A stretch of 64,000 bases of DNA from Candidatus Bathyarchaeota archaeon (GTDB lineage Archaea > Thermoproteota > Bathyarchaeia > TCS64), in contig JASLYX010000001.1 of assembly GCA_030739585.1 (NCBI GenBank), positions 372,452-436,451 on the forward strand, given 5' to 3'. The position numbers were made by a program, and so were the translations under genes. How positions within the stretch are numbered: the first letter of the stretch is position 1; each line of letters begins with the position of its first letter. This document shows, piece by piece, positions 61,141 through 64,000 of this stretch. The notes beneath the pieces were generated by a model that searched no databases, was not told where the DNA came from, and saw only the letters and a program-made list of their open reading frames with translations.

Positions 61141-62028
61141 GTCATTATCCTGGGAGCTGGGGCTATAGGCAGTTATTACGGCTACATGCTCTCACGGAAA
61201 ATGGACGTCCTCCTCATAGGCAGGCAGAGACATATTGATGCCATTAAGTCCCGGGGCTTGGAACTTACTGGGGCGATCGATGGGGTCTTTGACTTAGACG
61301 TCTCAACTGAGATCAGAGGCAACCTAGGGGACTCATTAATAATTCTCACAACTAAGGCCTATGACATAGAGAAAACAATTAATAAAATCAGGGGAGTCCT
61401 TAGGTCCAATACAACAATCTTGGTTTTGCAGAACGGTCTTGGTAATGAGGACCTGGTTCAAGCTTTAGTTGGCCCGGAGGTTGATGTGATAAGGGGGCTT
61501 GTCTCAACTGGGGTGGAGTTTCTATCCCCTGGGCGGATCGAGGTTAAGTTGGTCAGAGACACCGTGCTTCCCAAGACAGCCAAAAGTGAAAAGATAGAGC
61601 GGCTTTTCACTTCGTGCGGCCTTCAGGTCCGGCTATCAGAGCGGATGGACACAGAGATTTGGAGGAAACTAACTATGAATTGCGTTATCAATCCCCTCAG
61701 CGCCCTGTTCTGTATGCCCAGCACGGAGATAGCGGTCGATGGTCTGAGGGAGGTCAGGAAGAGCATCGTGGATGAGTGTATAAGGGTCGCCGAAAGGGAA
61801 GGAGTCAACCTCGATGGTGATTTAGAGGGGGAGATCTCAAGGGCTGCAGCCTCTTACTCTAATCTCTCATCGATGTGCCAGGACATCATGAAGGGACGGA
61901 AGACCGAGATAGATTTCCTAAACGGAAAGATAAGCGAACTGGGACGGAGACATAAAGTGCCTACGCCTGTCAACGATGTCTTCATCTTACTGATTCAGTT
62001 CATGCGCGCGCGTTATATAGCAATGTAG
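61141..62028 (+). CDS. panE: 2-dehydropantoate 2-reductase (ketopantoate reductase); N-terminal boundary uncertain
   Basis: VIILGAGAIGSYYGYML Rossmann start lies upstream of the track ATG in the same frame (no canonical start found upstream). ApbA C-terminal domain EIDFLNGKISELGRRHKVPTPVNDVF. Confidence 0.65.
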   Translation, partial: VIILGAGAIGSYYGYMLSRKMDVLLIGRQRHIDAIKSRGLELTGAIDGVFDLDVSTEIRGNLGDSLIILTTKAYDIEKTINKIRGVLRSNTTILVLQNGLGNEDLVQALVGPEVDVIRGLVSTGVEFLSPGRIEVKLVRDTVLPKTAKSEKIERLFTSCGLQVRLSERMDTEIWRKLTMNCVINPLSALFCMPSTEIAVDGLREVRKSIVDECIRVAEREGVNLDGDLEGEISRAAASYSNLSSMCQDIMKGRKTEIDFLNGKISELGRRHKVPTPVNDVFILLIQFMRARYIAM

Positions 62029-62425
62029 ACCCGAACAAGGTGGGCCTGTGGCGCGCACGCGACCTACTTGGCGCAGGTCACAAGCCTGTTTTAGGGTATC
62101 TTAATATAGTCTCAAAAATGATGCGCACCCGATAAAGTCAAACTATAAGTCCTATTGACCTCCAGAAGTGGCACGTGGCCCTCCATCCCGCTCCTAGACC
62201 ATGTGCGACGCAGAACATTTTGAAATTCAACCTCAAGGTTCTAACGTTTAAACACAAAAAGAGGCTTAAAAGCAACCACTTTTTCGAATAAATCAATCTA
62301 ATTCAAAGAACCTATATACATATTAGAGAGAATAAACGCGTGTGATAAAAAACTCAAACACACACAATAACGACTAAAGTCTTGTGAGATAATACACAAT
62401 ATTCTAAAACCCTCAAGTTTGATGT

Positions 62426-62776
62426 GTGATACTGATGAAGGATGAGCTCAAAAAAGACTTAGAGGAGTCGAAAAGGGTTCTCGAGAGCTATAAATGGTAC
62501 GGACAGATGGTCACTGACGCCATTAATGCCTTGGAAGAAGTAGAGCGATATCTAATCTATCCCTCAGAGGAAAGACAAGTGCAAGTCAAGGAGATCTTAG
62601 TTCAGATGAAAAACCAGATAGGTCCATACAAAGACTTTGTGCCGCAGGTTGTAAGAACTGTTGATAAAGTTCTCGAATGGTTGAGTACCCCTAAGAACTC
62701 TCTAGAGAAAGCAGGCGTTACGCTTGATTCACACGAGCGAGATATAGATAAAAAAGATAAAAACACGGAGATTTAG
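62426..62776 (+). CDS. Hypothetical protein
   Basis: 116-aa ORF preceded by an AT-rich spacer; charged/helical composition. Confidence 0.35.
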   Translation: MILMKDELKKDLEESKRVLESYKWYGQMVTDAINALEEVERYLIYPSEERQVQVKEILVQMKNQIGPYKDFVPQVVRTVDKVLEWLSTPKNSLEKAGVTLDSHERDIDKKDKNTEI

Positions 62777-62966
62777 TCTCTTCACGGCAAGAATTTATTT
62801 TATCTGTTCTTTTTCTTTTACCAGTCTACTGAAATGTACAGAACCTTTTTGGGTTATGTTTTACTAATTTTATAAAGTTTGTTTGGATTGGGGATTCTTG
62901 AGCACTAAGCCTGTTTTTCGCGCGCGTCCAATAAACTAAAAAAAGCTTGTAAAGTGAACTTGAGGA

Positions 62967-63044
62967 GTGGTGGGCCCGATGAGATTTGAACTCATGATCT
63001 TTCGATTATCAGTCGAACGCTTTAACCATCCTAAGCCACGGGCC
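62967..63044 (-). tRNA. tRNA-Ile (anticodon GAU), CCA encoded
   Basis: Minus-strand read GGGCCCGTGGCTTAGGATGGTTAAAGCGTTCGACTGATAATCGAAAGATCATGAGTTCAAATCTCATCGGGCCCACCA. Anticodon stem TTCGA/TCGAA with loop CUGAUAA. Confidence 0.8.
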
Positions 63045-63126
63045 CAGCCGTACAACCATTGATATCAATCCCCTTTTTAAATTATTATCCGACTAGGCGG
63101 GATCGGGGCCATCTGGAAAACTTGCC

Positions 63127-64000
63127 TCAGTTTGACTGAGGCAAGTTGCTGCTATAGAAATCGGTGCTTAGATACTTCATCCCGTCATCGGGAAGTATAG
63201 CGACTATTTTCTTTCCCTTTCCTAGACTTTTCGCCTTTTGCAGCGCAATGTGGAGAATTGCTGCTGCGCTCATCCCCACCAGTAAGCCCTCTTCCTTTGC
63301 AGCTCCCCTTGCTACGGCTTTCACAGCGGGGTGGTCATCATCAGAAAGACTTACGATCTCGTCGAATCCTTCTGGCCGGAATAGCTGGGTCGGGTTAGGC
63401 TCGTTGGGATTCCGCAGCCCTGGGATGGAGCTGCCCTTTTTGGATGTGACTCCTATTACTTGGATGGATCGTTTGAATCCTTTTACTCTCAAGGAGATCC
63501 CCGCGCCGGTTCCCCCAGTGCCTATGCCGGTGACGACCATGTTAAAATCCCCGCCTGTCTGTTTGATTATCTCCTGCCCCGTGGTCTGGTAGTGGGCCAG
63601 GATGTTAGCGGGGTCCCTGAATTGGTTGATGTCTATATATTTTTCTGGGTTCTCCTCCAAAAGGCTTCGCTTCATCTCAATGGCCCCCCCCGTCCCCCTC
63701 TCTGCTGGGCTGAGTACCAGGTCGGCCCCATATGCCCTAATGAGCTTCCTTCTTTCTTCGCTAGTCCTCTTGGACATCACGATTGTTATCTTGTATCCCT
63801 TAGCCGCGGCGATCATGGCTAGGGCGATGCCCGTATTTCCCGAGGTCGCCTCGAGAATTGTCTTATCCTTGTCGAGGGATCCAGCAGCTTCAGCGTATTC
63901 GATGAGGTACTTTGCAATCCTGTCCTTGATAGAGCCGCCGGCGTTGAAGCTTTCTAGCTTGACTATGACCTCTGCATCGCAGGGTCCCGTAAGCCCGTTG
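63127..64000 (-). CDS. cysK: Cysteine synthase / O-acetylserine sulfhydrylase (PLP-dependent); N-terminus beyond the window end
   Basis: Reverse translation of 63820-64000 gives ...ESFNAGGSIKDRIA...EATSGNTGIALAMIAAAKGYK. Downstream: TGIGTGGTGAGIS and PLP-fold motifs. Confidence 0.8.
   Translation of the reverse strand, partial: NGLTGPCDAEVIVKLESFNAGGSIKDRIAKYLIEYAEAAGSLDKDKTILEATSGNTGIALAMIAAAKGYKITIVMSKRTSEERRKLIRAYGADLVLSPAERGTGGAIEMKRSLLEENPEKYIDINQFRDPANILAHYQTTGQEIIKQTGGDFNMVVTGIGTGGTGAGISLRVKGFKRSIQVIGVTSKKGSSIPGLRNPNEPNPTQLFRPEGFDEIVSLSDDDHPAVKAVARGAAKEEGLLVGMSAAAILHIALQKAKSLGKGKKIVAILPDDGMKYLSTDFYSSNLPQSN

Overview
Archaeal chromosomal segment, roughly mid-50s % G+C by eye, containing two visibly AT-rich blocks: 1-7050 and the single gene 54368-55237. 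Three tRNAs are present: Leu-UAG, Gly-UCC and Ile-GAU. Calls rest on archaeal protein signatures read from the ORF track and sequence; no database searches were run.

Backbone genes recognised: RFC large and small subunits; L7Ae-S28e-L24e; archaeal GluRS; the proteasome alpha-SBDS-Rrp4-Rrp41-Rrp42-L37ae-Pcc1 superoperon; tRNA-splicing endonuclease EndA; the wyosine radical-SAM enzyme Taw1; class I Fe-S fumarase alpha/beta; malic enzyme; argininosuccinate lyase; methenyl-H4MPT cyclohydrolase Mch; ADP-forming acetyl-CoA synthetase beta; a four-gene beta-oxidation cluster; cysteine synthase (partial at the window end); ketopantoate reductase; an F420-type nitroreductase; an MFS transporter; an HDAC-family protein; a SIMPL protein.

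Accessory content:
- A low-GC block at the window start (1-7050) encodes a family-5 peptide-binding SBP with archaeal Thr-rich linker and C-terminal anchor, two amidohydrolases (one D-aminoacylase-like), a GATase1/BPL_N-like protein and small membrane proteins. No ABC permease or ATPase is present.
- A ~4.4 kb segment (about 12.7-17.1 kb) lies next to tRNA-Leu and is bounded by a ~62-bp direct repeat whose distal copy contains a decayed tRNA-Leu 3' fragment. This is an integration footprint without a detectable integrase. Cargo: an amidohydrolase, two tandem bicupin paralogs and a thioredoxin-fold protein.

Other points: a D-amino-acid/peptide catabolic theme (two D-aminoacylase-like paralogs of different base composition, an M55 DppA-like D-aminopeptidase, an M24 peptidase); several long AT-rich noncoding spacers (notably 700 bp between gltX and rpl7ae); a perfect 10-bp inverted repeat downstream of the fumarase operon; small zinc-ribbon ORFs below the ORF-track length cutoff.

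No CRISPR array, transposase or integrase was recognised.
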